DNA from: Callorhinchus milii
Taxonomy: Eukaryota
Reading direction: 5' to 3'
Assembly (NCBI RefSeq): GCF_018977255.1
Contig: NW_024704742.1
Span: 100,566,001 to 100,630,000 of the forward strand
DNA length: 64,000 bases
A program made the translations under genes and the position numbers. Below, piece after piece: positions 48,835-62,283 of the stretch (positions within the stretch are counted from its first letter, which is position 1; every line of letters begins with the position of its first letter). The notes under the pieces were generated by a model, which searched no databases, was not told where the DNA came from, and saw only the letters and a program-made list of their open reading frames with translations.

Positions 48835-49122
48835 AATAATAATCTTTGCATTTGATATAGTGCCTTGTGTCATCGAGATGTCTCAAAGTGATTCACAGGA
48901 TATCCTGTAAAGTGGATTAACTGTGTATTTTGTAGTCGATTGTAACAGCTAGTTGTGCAAAGCGATGTCCCATAAAGCAGCCCTATATAGAGTGAGTGAC
49001 CAATTTTATGTAGGGGATTTATTGGACAGGACACCAAGAGAAACTCCCTTCTCTTTTCGAATAGTGCCTTGAGACCTTCAACGTCCACCTGAACGGGCAG
49101 ATGGGACCTCGGTTTCAACTCT
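48835..49122 (-). mobile_element. DeuSINE-like element filling most of SNX2 intron 11
   Basis: gttgaaaccgaggtcccatctgcccgttcaggtggacgttgaagg...gcactattcgaaaagagaaggg plus tail. Confidence 0.8.
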
Positions 49123-49136
49123 GGTTGGCCATTTAC

Positions 49137-49342
49137 CTTAACAGAAGATATGAGACGAACATAATCACTCAGGAGCTCTGCAAACAGATAGAAGTCAGCA
49201 TAAGCCTGGTCCTGGTGAAGCTGGTCGATCTTTTCTTCAACTTCTGCTAGTTGTGAAAGTGCTCTTGACAGGGCAGTGTGATCTTCAGAGTTACCCAGCA
49301 TGGCTGCACTCTTAGCAAAGGCAGCTGTGTTGGCAGAAAGTT
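49137..49342 (-). CDS. SNX2: SNX2 exon 11 (206 nt), BAR domain
   Basis: (E)[68 protein letters not shown]; cgcag/gtaaat. Confidence 0.97.
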
Positions 49343-50000
49343 CTGCGGGGGGAGAGAAAAGAAGAAAAGCATTGCATGGCCTTGGATTTATTACTTCATA
49401 CATGAAGGAAAACAAAAATCAACTGTTTGCCATGAAAGACCTTTCTTTTCGACCGCGCCTTTGGCCACCTTTCCACCCCTCCCCCTGGCTCGGTCCCGGG
49501 ATCTTAAACTGTAAAGCGCTCTGAGACGCTGTCCGGCGTGGAGGGCGCTATAGAAATCCAAGTTGTTGTTGTAGAAAACTATTATCAGCACATTAATGAT
49601 TTTCTTCCACAATTTTTTAAAATCCTGAACTAACCATAGATCTCATACAACATTGTGAATTTTAACATCTGCTCTATAAGTTTAAGCCCCGCAAGTCAGC
49701 AACTTGGATTTATGTACCCCCCTTCACCTAAGATAACATCTAGTACCGCATCAAATATACAGCTGAATGTCAAGCGGGGGAATGGGGGGACGAGGGTGGA
49801 GGTGTGGTTAAAGAGGTAGGTTTTGGGTGGGTTTAAAAACTGGGGAAAAAACTGCTCCTCAAAGTCTACAATTGCTTCCCCCCCCCACCCCAGTATAATC
49901 CAAACAGATCTAGACTGTCCACCCTTCAATTGTGACATCAATAAGCCATTAAATTTATAAAATTATTGTTTATTCCAAGCCAAATGGAGAATTCACAAAC

Positions 50001-50094
50001 CTTTCCTGTGGCAGACAAGGAGATCAACACTAGTGTGTAGTTTTCTCAACTGCTGGTCCAGATTTTCAAACTGCTGCTGCTTTTCCTCAAACCA
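50001..50094 (-). CDS. SNX2: SNX2 exon 10 (94 nt), BAR domain
   Basis: WFEEKQQQFENLDQQLRKLHTSVDLLVCHRK; aacag/gtttgt. Confidence 0.96.
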
Positions 50095-50338
50095 CTGTTG
50101 CAAGAAGAACGGTGTTAATTTACCAAGATCAAATCATTACAAATTAGCTTACCACCGGTAAACTATCTTGCTTCTTTTAAAGCAAAAACAAATTAACCAC
50201 AGCACAGCCTACCACGATAATGGTAAATCAAAGAAAATAAGTAAATAGCTATCCCATTTTTTGTCTTTTCACTGTTAGAAATAAATTGAAAAACTCATTA
50301 ATTCATCTCATTAATCAGGTTCAAAAATCAGCTCTTAC

Positions 50339-50452
50339 TGCATCTGATTCATTCATCTTGATTGTCATTTTGTTGACAGCATCTGCGGCCTTGTTCACCA
50401 TTCTCAATATGCCTGCTCCACTTAGGGCTTGTGTATTAACCGCACGCGGCAG
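50339..50452 (-). CDS. SNX2: SNX2 exon 9 (114 nt)
   Basis: [38 protein letters not shown]; ttccag/gtaaga. Confidence 0.97.
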
Positions 50453-52042
50453 CTGGAATTGAATGACAAATAAGGGTGAACAATCCAGTTAACAGCCTTG
50501 CACTTTAAACAGACAAAAGGAAAGGGACACAGCATTTTCTTCTCTCACAAATTGCAATATACTCTTGGTCTCAACTCTGTGCTCAGGCTAAATACTCAAA
50601 AAAACTCTAATGTGCATTTTCTTGGGCAGATGAGCAGACACTAATCATCTTTTGTCAAAGGGTCCATTAGACCCTAAATACATTCAAAGGCAGATGATAA
50701 TCTGAAAAGGGTTGATTTCTGGGTTGTCACTGATAATGTCACTTAGTGTGTGCCAGCTTGCACTGCTAAAAAAAAGGCTGAGCATTGTCAATGCCACTTG
50801 CATGTGCACCGAAAGAGAGCAATCTGATGATGTACAAGTCAGCATTTATTTTTAGCATGCAGGAAGTCAGCTGGTCTGTACCAGACAGGTTCACAGCATA
50901 GCCATATTATAAAGGGGTAGAATGCACATCACATTAATTACATTTCCAACTACATTTCTGAACTTAAACAGTAGTGATAGTAGGTTTATTCACTTTATAG
51001 TACAAACAACATATTGGTTTCACTTGGTTTTTCGGGAGGGAGAATGAGAAGAAAGAGGGGGAGGTGAAAAAAGTAAACCTTAGTTTGCTGGAACAGCATT
51101 GGCAAAGGCCTGACAGTAAGTTCTGGTCTGCCTCAGTTCCAAGATAATAATGGGAACAAAGATAAACACTTCAATTATCCTCATATCTTGAAGCTCAATA
51201 CACAAGCTGCCAAATCATTTTCAACTAATTTTTAAGATATTTTATTTATGCATACTCTGAACCTAAGGTAACTTCTCTATCATGACAGGGTTGAGGCATT
51301 CTATCCAACAGGCAATGGAGGGCAGTTCAAATTCAAGTCTAATTGCAGTTGGCAGATTTAGAAAACAGCTCCTGTAACTAGAACCCAGCAACTTCCGAAA
51401 GATCCGATTGTACTTGGATCTTAATTACTGTACTAATATGGAATATTTTTGATGCAAGATTATTTTATAGTTAACAAAACTCTCCTTCTTTGGCTACTCT
51501 AGCAATTCAGAGGAATCTAAAATCTTCCTGCAATCAGTGATTAAACACAGTAAATTTAAATTGATATAGCTTCACTGGACACAAATTACAAGAAAACTAT
51601 TTAAGGAGAAACAGAGATATATTAAGTTTTGTACACACTCTCCCCTCCTTTCTTGAAGGTTTCTTGGTTAACAGATTCTGACAGCCTTCTGATACCTTAC
51701 CGCCATTTTTTATGTGAGCCTAGAGACTAAGGCAAGCTACTAACTAAAAGGGCATTAAAACTAAGATTAATACATTTCATCCTGCATTCACATACGCAGT
51801 CTTCCAAGCAATGTCTCTTGACAGGCATCACTAGGAACTTTGTTTCCTGCTCTAACTCAGCGAAAGAAAGATGTTGTCTATTTTTGTGCCCAGTATTGTG
51901 TTGGTTGCAGGACTTGTATAGTTCACTATTCCATGTGTTATAGTCGTCCATTGAGCAATTCAGAGACCCATCACTTGAAAACAATTTCCCTTTTTAAATT
52001 CCTTATCTTATTCAAATTTAATAAATTATCAAAGACACATAC

Positions 52043-52118
52043 CTCATTACTTTCTAAAAACTGTCTCAAATCGGGATCTTGCAACAGAGTTGGATGTTTT
52101 ACAGTTCGCTGTAGATAC
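52043..52118 (-). CDS. SNX2: SNX2 exon 8 (76 nt)
   Basis: YLQRTVKHPTLLQDPDLRQFLESNE; cgcag/gtatgt. Confidence 0.96.
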
Positions 52119-53927
52119 CTGCGTTTTAAAAAGGTTAAAGCACTGGTCAAAATCCTCTTCAAAGCATTTGAAAAATTTGCCAATGTTTAAGACTTTTATG
52201 CAAGTCAAGTGTATAGTTATAATCAGTGGAACGTCAAATGACATTTAGTTTGTTTCCAGCGCAAAGCAGAGCACAACTTTAAAAATTTCAGCATTTCAAA
52301 TGTCAGTTTTTGCCTTGCATTAAAAAATACAAGAGTCAATTGTCTTCTATCTGATGCCAACAGTCTACAGGCATTCATAACTGACCTTTAAGTACGCCAA
52401 CTGGTTCAAAAAAGGGCAAGGAAATGTCAAGATTCTGAAATTTATTATTCTGTGCCATCAAGATACACAAAATACCATACATCAAAGTGAATCATGTTAA
52501 GATAAATCAAATGGATGGGTCTCACATCTTTTCAGATTGTTAAGTAGCACCATAACTCACAGAACAATGATTTTGACTTGGTTTTTTTAATGTAGTTTTT
52601 TTTTGTCTGTTTGAAACGTAGCCTGAGCCTTCAACAGGCAGTCTCCAGCTCAAGTTTCTGAACATTAGTCATACAACTACTCAAATGCTCACCACTTGAC
52701 TGCTATCAAGTTGCCTGTAACTAAAAGTGACCCATACCTTGTACCAAGCCTACTTTTCAGTTAGCAATTCATTAGTGTTTGCACATCACAGGACTACTGA
52801 ACATATTCTAAAGAACATCAAATTTCTGTGGGTCATCAGACTAAGGATCAGAAGTTTAATCACTTTAAGTTACTAACACCAGTATGCCTTCAATGAATAG
52901 TCAAAAGAATCATTTAAAACAAAACTATTTTCTGTAAAACAGCATGAATATCAAACTTGTTAAGGGAAGGACAGAAAGGAAGAAGATTCCCTCAACTGTT
53001 CTCCCTCCTGAAGACCTGTACTTGATAACAAAAATTATTCAGTAATTTAGGAGTAATTCACAACATGAACATCCCTTCAGATATTCAGCTCCTCTATCAG
53101 TGTTCCATCTGAATAGGTTTAGATGGTGACTCAATATGTATGGAGTCAGAGAATGTTTAAATAAAGCATAATCACAATAACTTCCGAGTCTACTGCTTAA
53201 TATTTTTGGGTGTACCAGGTGTCTGTCTATGTATGGAAACCATCACCATGTTTAAGAGAATCCAAACCAGACCGAGTTCCACAAATGTATGGCACCTCCA
53301 CATGGAAGTTTCCCCTGCACCTGGAATGGAATCTGCACTCTCCCTGGAGGAATATACTCGGCTGATCTAATTCCAGAGAGTAATAGGTGTAGGCTGGCAA
53401 GAGCAAAGACTTGACAATCCCAGATTATGCACTGAGGGTACTGCTGGAGTTTAACTCGTTAAAATTGCATAGCTTGCTATTGAGAGGACTGTCCAGTTAG
53501 GACGATTAAGGCTTTAGCTTGTAGGGTTAACATGAGCGAGTGGGAAGAATTACTGCTTCCAGCAATCAGTCTGCACCTCCAAGTTTTGACAATGAACCAG
53601 AATGGCAGGTAGGTTGATCATTAGCAGTGCCCTGGAGTCCTGCAGATCCGTCTGGCTCAGGACATCTGAGACCACCACATAAGCTAATTTGATTTAACAT
53701 TCCATTGGCAAGCATGTCAACTTGGATATGCAAAAGACAAAACCCTCAAAACAGTAGCAGTATAAACTGACAGTACGCTGGTCATTTTTCAGGCGTACAT
53801 GGACCAAAGCAAGCTTTAAAATCACAAGTATTGTATACATAGAGGTAATTGTTCCCGATTTCCTGAACCTTCCAAGCTTTGAACCATAACTGATCCAGTT
53901 CATATTTCCTTTCATGAGGTAACCTAC

Positions 53928-54006
53928 CTCTCCAAGGCTGCCCTTCTTTTTTCAACAAATTCTGTTGAAGAAGAATCTTCTTTTCCAACTTTAACTTTGG
54001 TCATGC
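53928..54006 (-). CDS. SNX2: SNX2 exon 7 (79 nt)
   Basis: (G)[25 protein letters not shown](R); tttaaag/gtaggt. Confidence 0.96.
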
Positions 54007-54237
54007 CTTTAAAAGTATCAAATGAATATTCCTTTAATTTTATTAAAAACTGAGGCATTTTATAAACAGAATTAATCATTGAATCGATTTTCATGTCAAA
54101 AGCAAATAAATTCTCATCAAATTAATCAAATACATGGATATGAAACACTTCACTTTTTCCACCATCATGATAAGTCATGGACAACATTCCTACCTTTGTT
54201 TAGTACCTGGAGCCAGAGTAACTCACCAGTTTTATTT

Positions 54238-54590
54238 ATAATAACCCTTGCATTTGATGTACCAACTATAACAATTAAAGGATTCAAAGCATTTCACAGG
54301 CAATTGCTGCCAAGTGAAGTACCCCACAAACAGCATGAAGCGTATGACTAATCTGAAAGATTGTTGTCCAGGACACATAGAGAAACTGCTTTCTCTATAA
54401 CATTTACCTGAACAGGCAGTCAGATCCCCGGGTTAAAATCTCATCGAAAAGACAGCATCTCAGACAATGCCGCTCGCCCCAAACTGCATTACCGTGTCAG
54501 GAATGAGTTCAGAGTTTAGGTTGACATGGAGCTTGAACTCAATCTTATGACACAACGGCAAAAGAGCTACCGATTTAGCCAGGCTGACAC
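54238..54590 (-). mobile_element. DeuSINE-like element, degenerate
   Basis: Same core and head motifs as 2690-2972 and 11482-11900. Confidence 0.65.
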
Positions 54591-55894
54591 CATTTAATTA
54601 AAAACAAACAAATGTCACACTGGACAAGGAGTACCAGAATGTTTAAAATTAGATGAGTTTAAGAACCTTCCATCAAAAGTGCAAAAAACAAAAGCAACTT
54701 TGGAACTGTAGGCTTTTTAACAAAGGTCTGAAACCTAAAAGGAGCTGCGGCTGCAACTGCCTAGAGTATTCCTCAGACCTCATCAACAGTACGGTTTCCA
54801 ACTTTGGCCAACCAATCTTCAAAACTATGACAATCCTTGGAGGGCTGCAGCAGCAACAACAAATTGCATTTACAGTACCTTTCATGTCAGAAGGATGTCC
54901 CTGTAGTCTGCAGCAATAATTAGTTAGATTAATACATGGAACAAAACTTTGATGAGAAGCTGTGTAAATAGGTTATTTTCCTAGAATTTGGAAAGCTGAA
55001 GGCTGGTCAAACTGACGTTTAAAATAAAGGAAATTGCCAATCTGTATATAGCCTATCTTCTCTCTGACAGATGGATCCAGAAACAGAAAAGTAAAAATTT
55101 CAGCTAAACCAGTTACAAGAGAAACCAGAAGATATTTCTTCAACCAAAAGGTGTAGAATGCACTACCAAAAAACTGTAGATACAAAATTGACCTTACGTT
55201 TGATATAGCGATCTGAGACGCTACCCTGCATGAGGAGCGCTATATAAATGCAAGTTGTTGTTAAATGCAGGTTGTTATAGCGCCTTTTTCATTGGGAGGA
55301 CATCTCAAAACACTTCAAAGTAAAGTGGAGTAACTATTTTGTAGGTGAACATGGCAGCTAATTTGCACACAGCAATATTGCACAATAGCCATGAAATTAA
55401 TGACCAATTTAATTTGGGAGACTGTTGGCGTTGGCAAGGACATCAGAAAACCTTTGATATCGACTTTCACAGGTGAGTCAGTTCGGTTGTATTTACTACT
55501 GTTTGATAAAGCAGGCAGCCATCCCTGGATCTTGTGGAGATGACAAGCGGTGAAGATCAGCAAGCTTGGTCAAAATGACACTTTAGCCAAAGCCTCTGGC
55601 AACATTGAGTTGTTGCTAGAAGATGTGGAGCAGGCAGCCAACTTCTTCACAGACCCTCTAATATGAGCTGGTGCTAAGTGATTCCATACAAGGACTGGCA
55701 CTCCCTCAACTAAAAGTTTGTTAGGATTCTGTGCAAAGAGACTCCCATTGTTTAGAAACATATATACCAAGCTCGAATCAAGACTGCAAAGGGAAGGTGT
55801 CCAGAAGGTGCTTTGGTGAATAAGATGGGTCTTTTGGTAGCGCTCTGGAATGATTAATCAAGCCAAGTCATAATTTGCCAAACAATTATGGGAA

Positions 55895-56075
55895 GGGGGT
55901 TGCATCGTCAGAGATGGATCTTAAAAATCCCATGGCAGTATTCGAAAAGAGTAGGGAATGTATCCCGGTGCCCAACCACAGAATAGTCAATCCGCTTTAC
56001 AGTTTATCCTGTGAAGTACTTTGAGCTGTGTCGCAATGACGTAATAAGGCGCTATATCAAATGCAAAGATTATCG
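55895..56075 (+). mobile_element. DeuSINE-like fragment
   Basis: aaaaatcccatggcagtattcgaaaagagtaggg...ggcgctatatcaaatgcaaag. Confidence 0.65.
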
Positions 56076-56234
56076 TTAGATGAGAAATGTGTGAAACCTC
56101 CAGTACCACAATGAGAGCTTTACTACAAAATGAAAGTGCCAACATTTCAAGCACACTAAATTTCCCAATTATAATGCATTATTATGACATAAATTTAGTC
56201 AAATTGGCCAAAGCAATTTTATAATTTTTCTTAC

Positions 56235-56376
56235 CTACAATACTCTTTTCTGGAGCAGGAGGAACTATGTAGCCTATATGCATATACTTTGTAGACAATT
56301 TGTCATGCAGACCCAGAAAGTCACTAAATCTCCTTTTGACAGTAAATTCTCTGCTGCTGAACATGGATGAAGACGT
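56235..56376 (-). CDS. SNX2: SNX2 exon 6 (142 nt), PX domain core
   Basis: TSSSMFSSREFTVKRRFSDFLGLHDKLSTKYMHIGYIVPPAPEKSIV; RRFSDF and PPxPEK PX motifs; acag/gtaag. Confidence 0.97.
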
Positions 56377-57998
56377 CTGTGTAATCAAAGAAAACAGAAC
56401 ATGCATATAAAATCTCAACATTCATGCAAGTCTATTTCTTATCTTATCTAGTGTTCTCATAAAACAAATATGTGGAAGTACACTTGTAAAAATGCAACAC
56501 TCTCATCACTTGATCCTTCAGTCCTTGTAAGTAGGGGAAGGAGGAGGAGGGAGAAAAGGTAAGCAGGATCTCTTTGGGAGTGAGTTCGCTCCAAAGAAAC
56601 ATGTTTGGCAATAAATGACTGGAATTACGTCAATCCCTGCAGCAGTCCCACTTTCCTGATACCTGAGCCAGGCTAATCTGCAGTATTCATGAGCAATGTG
56701 TATCTTGAATCAGCCATTTTAACAGGACTTGGAGTAGCAGACTAGTTACTGAAGGTTGGAATTTTTTCCACTCTGCTCCAGTTGACACGAAAGCCAAAGC
56801 CTAATGAGTAGGATGGTCCAAGCAGAATAAGCAGCAGGTAACTTCTCAAGATTTGCAATAGTAAGCTTTGTTTTCATATGGATGAAAGCTGGCAGTACCC
56901 CCAATTCATGCTTTAGGGTCCCCAAGCCTTGACTTTTGCCCACCTGGACCTTAGGTGAGAGGTGAGAGTGCCATCAACTGATCCAGGTTGATACGTGGTA
57001 GTAGTTAGTAGTAAGCTTATGGAAAACATTTATGAGGGGAAATGGAAGAATTAGTTCTCAATTTTCTGTGTTAAGTGAGGTTATAAGTGTTGCTTAATCA
57101 TTCGCTGTGACTGCAAGTATGGTACACCAGCTGTGAATCCCAAAATAATGAAGATATAGATCTATTAAATGAGGTTTAAAAAAATCTTTCAACTGCACTT
57201 TTCTGCAAACATCCAGAAATCATTGCCCGTATGAACCCTGATGGTTGGATGTATAGTTTAGATTTCATAAATAATTCAAAATGTTTGATCGCATATAGAA
57301 AATTATGGATTCCCTCCATTATAGCAAGACATTCTTTAAGTATAAAGGGTAGCATCGGAGCACTTAAATTGTGGAGATGTTTTAAATTTAAAATTTAAAT
57401 TAATACAAGCAATACATTTGATTTACTAAAATTAGCAGTATTTATATAGCAATTCCACACAAATATATGAATTAGGATATCCATAATTATGTTCCATCGT
57501 CAGGTTCATGTTCAATGAAGCTTAAATTCTTGGTCTGCCCTGCCATAAACAGCATCTCAATTTTGAAAGCTTAGTACCCTCAAAACCATAATGTACAAAG
57601 TGCATGATAAAGAACTATGTCCTCCTCATTTTTATATAAATCATAAGGAATAAAATGTGTTAAAGAATATGCAAATAGACACACTGATAGAAGAATGTGT
57701 TGCCTAAATTAGTGGGGCTGCAAATAATCTCTTTTGGAAATTCAAACCTGCCACTGCTCCAATGCTCCAAGATGCTATCCTGCATGAAGGGTTCTACATA
57801 AGTGCAAATTGTTGCAAATACTTTTAACAGGAAACCAAATGAGCAAAGAGCAGCACCAAACTTGTCCCCACTACAACAGTAAGTATCAACAGATAGGAAT
57901 ATTGCCACGTTCTGAGGGGTAATTCAAACTGAAGGGAAGAGTACCAATATTGTGGTTTTAAGAACTAAAAATATACCAAAGGGCATAAATGTCATTAC

Positions 57999-58042
57999 CT
58001 TTGTTGTTACCCTGTAAGCCAGGTAAGCATTCATGCCATCAC
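57999..58042 (-). CDS. SNX2: SNX2 exon 5 (44 nt)
   Basis: (G)DGMNAYLAYRVTTK; cttag/gtaatg. Confidence 0.96.
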
Positions 58043-59068
58043 CTAAGGATATGAAAGAAAAATTACATTAAAGCCAAATTCATACCCCACAATCTGCTTT
58101 GTGGGATTTGCAATCACTTAAGGTGACTAAAAGAAAAGGAATGAAACTAACTATTGGCATGAAGAAGTTGCTTGCTGCACCTAACCAGTTTCCCTTTCTG
58201 TTGAAAGCACCAGGCTTACTTAATTGTGATTAAAAATGAACTAGCATTGATTTATTGTACAACACTCTTTTCAAAGAGCCGGCACAGGCACAATGGGCCG
58301 AATGGCTTCCTTCTGTGCTGTATAATTCTATGAACACACTACAGGATTCAGTTGCTTATCACAAATAATCAGCAAAAGACCACATTAAAAGTTCGGAAAC
58401 TAAGTAACTTAGTTACTTAAAACTAGATTTATGAGAATTACTTTTTAATTTTCAGCAGAGAAAACAGCACAGAAAAAGCCTGTATCTCCATTCACCCACT
58501 GAAGTGTTTATCCAATTGCTTTGTACCCAACTTTGGTCATTTAGTGACGAGGTATTCCATCAATCTTGTTACGGATTTGCTAATTGGTGGAAATCACATA
58601 AGTTTTCTTATTTGTAACTTAAATCCATCATTTCAGCAAAGTAGTTCTAACTTTGCAAGTCTCTCCACATACCCTCACAATTTTCCTAGTGAATCTCCTC
58701 TGTCCTAAAATAAGGAGATGCAATACCCCAACAGCAACCCAAACACATTTTGTAGAAAGCTTACATTAGTTCTTTACTTTGGTATTTAATATCCGGCATA
58801 TTAAACCTAAAATACAAGTCTCTGTTCCTCCAAACCATTTATAACAAACATTTAGTTTTTTTAGTTTTATAATTTTTCCTTCTCTCATAAATTCCACTTG
58901 CTACATTTTACCTACCCACTCTCCTAAACCATCTGCTGCAGTCATACACTTCCTGCCTCAGTACACTATGTCTGTTAATTGGTATTAGCATATTTAAGCA
59001 CCTTGTTTCCTATAAGAGTTCCGGTTTCCAGTGCATTATTTCAAACGTTAAAAGTACTATTTACTTAC

Positions 59069-59135
59069 CAACTTTCTCAGGATCAGAAACGGAGACATGA
59101 ATGTCAAATGTATCCCCATTTGCTTCTTCCTCGAG
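59069..59135 (-). CDS. SNX2: SNX2 exon 4 (67 nt)
   Basis: LEEEANGDTFDIHVSVSDPEKV; tgtag/gtaagt; start of PX domain. Confidence 0.96.
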
Positions 59136-59789
59136 CTACAAGCAAAAGTGATTTACAAATTGACATTAAAATCGTGTCAAATAATTTTGACCATAGACTG
59201 CCAATGTATATACATAAAATATATACATACATAAGTCAAAGAATGTTATTTAATCTCCAATCTCATAACCCCCCAATTCCCAGTTCTATGTGGCCTTGGG
59301 AGTCAAAATCTATCTGATTATAGAGGAAAAAACTACCAACTGCTGACTCAGGTATAAATGGCTTCCTGAGGCTGGAACAATTCCAGATAAGCTTCCAGAC
59401 TGGTTCCTATGTTGACATGGGGAGCCACTATAACTCAATTTAGTATCAGAGTAGTTGAAGGGTTGAAAAGGAAATAAATAAGAGTATATCGCACTCCATT
59501 TATATGACCAACTTGTGACTATCCTGGGTTGGGGGAGGAAGGAAAAGTAAGATGGGTCCCTTTTGTAGCTTAACTGATAGATTCTCGAATATTACCAGAA
59601 AATACTCTGAACAATTCACTAAAGGCTAATTGCCTTTATAAATAGATCTCATTTTACCAAGCTTCACATTTTCAGACCTCTCATTTGAAGCATTCATCCT
59701 TAATCAGTAAGTATTCCTCTCCTGTGAGAGGCAATGCTCATTCCCTCATAACTCAATTTAATAAAATACTTCTAAAAAAAATTCTGAAT

Positions 59790-61340
59790 TTTACTGAGTA
59801 GAAAGCAATCAGGCCTGTGCTGGCTCTTTAAGTTATATAATCCCTTTTACCTGCTTTTTCTCACACCCCTGCAATTACATTGTTTTACTTAACCAACTAG
59901 TTCCTCTGGAAAGCTAATAAGATTCTCACTGCACCTGACAAGGCATTCCATGCCCGAACAAACCCTCTGTACAAAAAAAATCCATCGGAATCTCCTCTTT
60001 GCTCTCTTTCTAATCATCTTAAATTAATGCTTTCTAGTCTGACCCACCAACCAGTGGAAAAGTTTCTTCCCATCTATCTTATGCATCAGCCTCCACGGCT
60101 GCACACTTAACCTCACAAAGCCAGTCAGGAACCTGGGTACATTGTTTGACCCTCAACTGTCCTTTCTTCCCCCACATCCGCGCCATGACCGGCACTGCCT
60201 ACCACCACCTCCACAACACTGCCAGACTCTGCCATTGCCTCACCCCTCAGGCTGCCGAAACCCTCACTCACGCATTCGTCACCTCAAGGCTCGATTACAG
60301 GAACTCCCTCCTCATCAGCCTTCCCAACTCTTCCCTTCACAAGCTGCAGAACATCCAAAACTCTGCAGCTCGTGTACTCTCACGCACCAGGCTCCGCGAT
60401 CCCATCACTCCCACTCTCGCCCGACTCCACTGGCTCCCCATCCCCCAGAGGATCAAGTTCAAGATCCTTGTCCTCACCTTTAAGGCCATCCATGGCCTTG
60501 CCCCCTCCTACCTTGCTGACCTGCTGACTCCCTACCAACCTGCCCGCTCCCTCCATTCAGCGGGCATCAGCCTGCTCCATGTCTCCCGCCCGATCCGCCC
60601 TACCATCGGTGGCTGGGCTCTCAGCCTCTCTGCCCCCACACTCCATCCCACGGTCCCTTCGCCTCGCGTCCTCCCTTGCCATCTTCAAGGCCGGTCTCAA
60701 GACCCTTTACTTCGACCGTGCCTTTGGTCTGCCTCTCACCTCTCTGCCTTCCCTCACCCCTACACCACCCCTCCCCCATGCTCGGGCCCCGACACCTGAC
60801 TGTTCAGCACTTTGGGACGTCCTCTTGACGTGAAAGGCGCTCTGTAAATGTAATTTTGTTGTTGTTATTATCAAAATCCTTCACAATTTAGAAACATACT
60901 GCCAACAGGTCTCTCCTCAATATCTGTGCCAGTGAAAATAAGACCAGTTCAACCAATCTTTGCTCACAGGTCAAACCACTCACCTTTGATGTCATCCCAT
61001 TAAATCTCCTCTACACCCTCTCTATTTCCCTGACATCCTTCCTAAAGTGGAGTGACCAAAACTGATACATTTGTATACTGTGATCTATTGATATAGGATA
61101 AGCAGCACCTCTTTGGTTTCATATTCTATCTTCCTATTTATAATATCTAGGATCCCATTAGCTTTCTTCACAGATTTGTCTACCTGTCTTCATGGTTATA
61201 AAGATTGTATGTTAACCCCGAGGTCTCTATCCATTTTAAATGTTACCATTTAGCATATATTTGCCATCATCCTTCTTCCCGAAAATGTGTAACCTCACAC
61301 TTTTCTGCATTAGATTTCATATGCCACTTCTCTTCCACAA
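59790..61340 (-). mobile_element. Degenerate CR1 3' part split by the L2 at 60085-60870
   Basis: CR1-like minus-strand sequence continues across the L2 (catctatcttat | tatcaaaatccttcacaattt). Confidence 0.7.
60085..60870 (+). mobile_element. L2 3' fragment, fairly intact, nested in a CR1
   Basis: AETLTHAFVTSRLDYRNSLL...LARLHWLPIPQRIKFKILVLTFKAIHGLAPSYL; (gtt)n tail. Confidence 0.93.
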
Positions 61341-61516
61341 TCGAATAGTCTACTAACCCAATCTATTGCCAATATCTATACCAACCATTTCATTAATACA
61401 ACTTTTCAATTCCTGAAACAATGGAGCTCCTGGAATAAAATTATTTCCTGCACATGGGGAAGAAACTATTCATGCTGAAGAAAACATTTTAATCTAATCT
61501 AAGTTGTTATCCTCAC

Positions 61517-61674
61517 CTCTTCCTTAGATCGATCAAACATTGGAGTAGATATCATTTTCAATTCTGATCGTGGCGTCACAAGGGTTGGGGTTACTGGTGT
61601 GATCGCTGGACTTGGTTCTGGAGAAAGTATAGCTTCCCTTTCAGGGCTATCTAGTGACACCTCCTCAGTGGCCT
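61517..61674 (-). CDS. SNX2: SNX2 exon 3 (158 nt)
   Basis: (E)ATEEVSLDSPEREAILSPEPSPAITPVTPTLVTPRSELKMISTPMFDRSKEE; tttag/gtgagg; phase fits exon 2. Confidence 0.95.
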
Positions 61675-62165
61675 CTAAATACCAAAAAAAATTATATGAA
61701 CCAATCAGTTATTCAAAATATGCTTAAACAATTTCTCTATAAATAGCAAGTTTTAACTCTAGCTTTTTAATGTGTTGAGGGAACAAAATTATTGAGAAGT
61801 CTGTACACTTCACATGCCCTACATAATATCTGTAAATGTGTGACACCAAAATATTGGTTACACCTTGCCTTTCCCTAAACCATCTTTACTTTAAAACAAA
61901 CAAAATGGGCATTGGATTTTGTTTAAGTGGGAAAGGGTTGAAAGACAGGGATGCTACTAACTTGGAGAGGAAAGCTAGAAACAAGTATGCCAGTTTAATA
62001 ATAAACCAAGAGTCCTTGCATTTGATTTTGCGCCTTTCACGTCGGCAGAATGTCTCAATGTGCTTCAAAGGATTTACTGTAAAATGTAGTGACTGTTTTG
62101 AGGCAAATGTTTACCAGCAGATATGACCTTCATTCTTAGACAAAATAGTCAAAAATTTGCATTAC

Positions 62166-62283
62166 CAGCAAAAAGGTCTTCTCGGTCATCATCTAGTAGA
62201 ATCTCAGGCGATTTGGGCCCATTAGACTTTGCACTTATGTCTTCGGCAGGAAGGCTGGCGGGTTCAGGAGATGAAGGACTGGA
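62166..62283 (-). CDS. SNX2: Sorting nexin 2, exon 2 (118 nt)
   Basis: Translates SSPSSPEPASLPAEDISAKSNGPKSPEILLDDDREDLFA; acceptor tttcag, donor gtaat; matches the SNX2 N-terminal low-complexity region. Confidence 0.96.
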
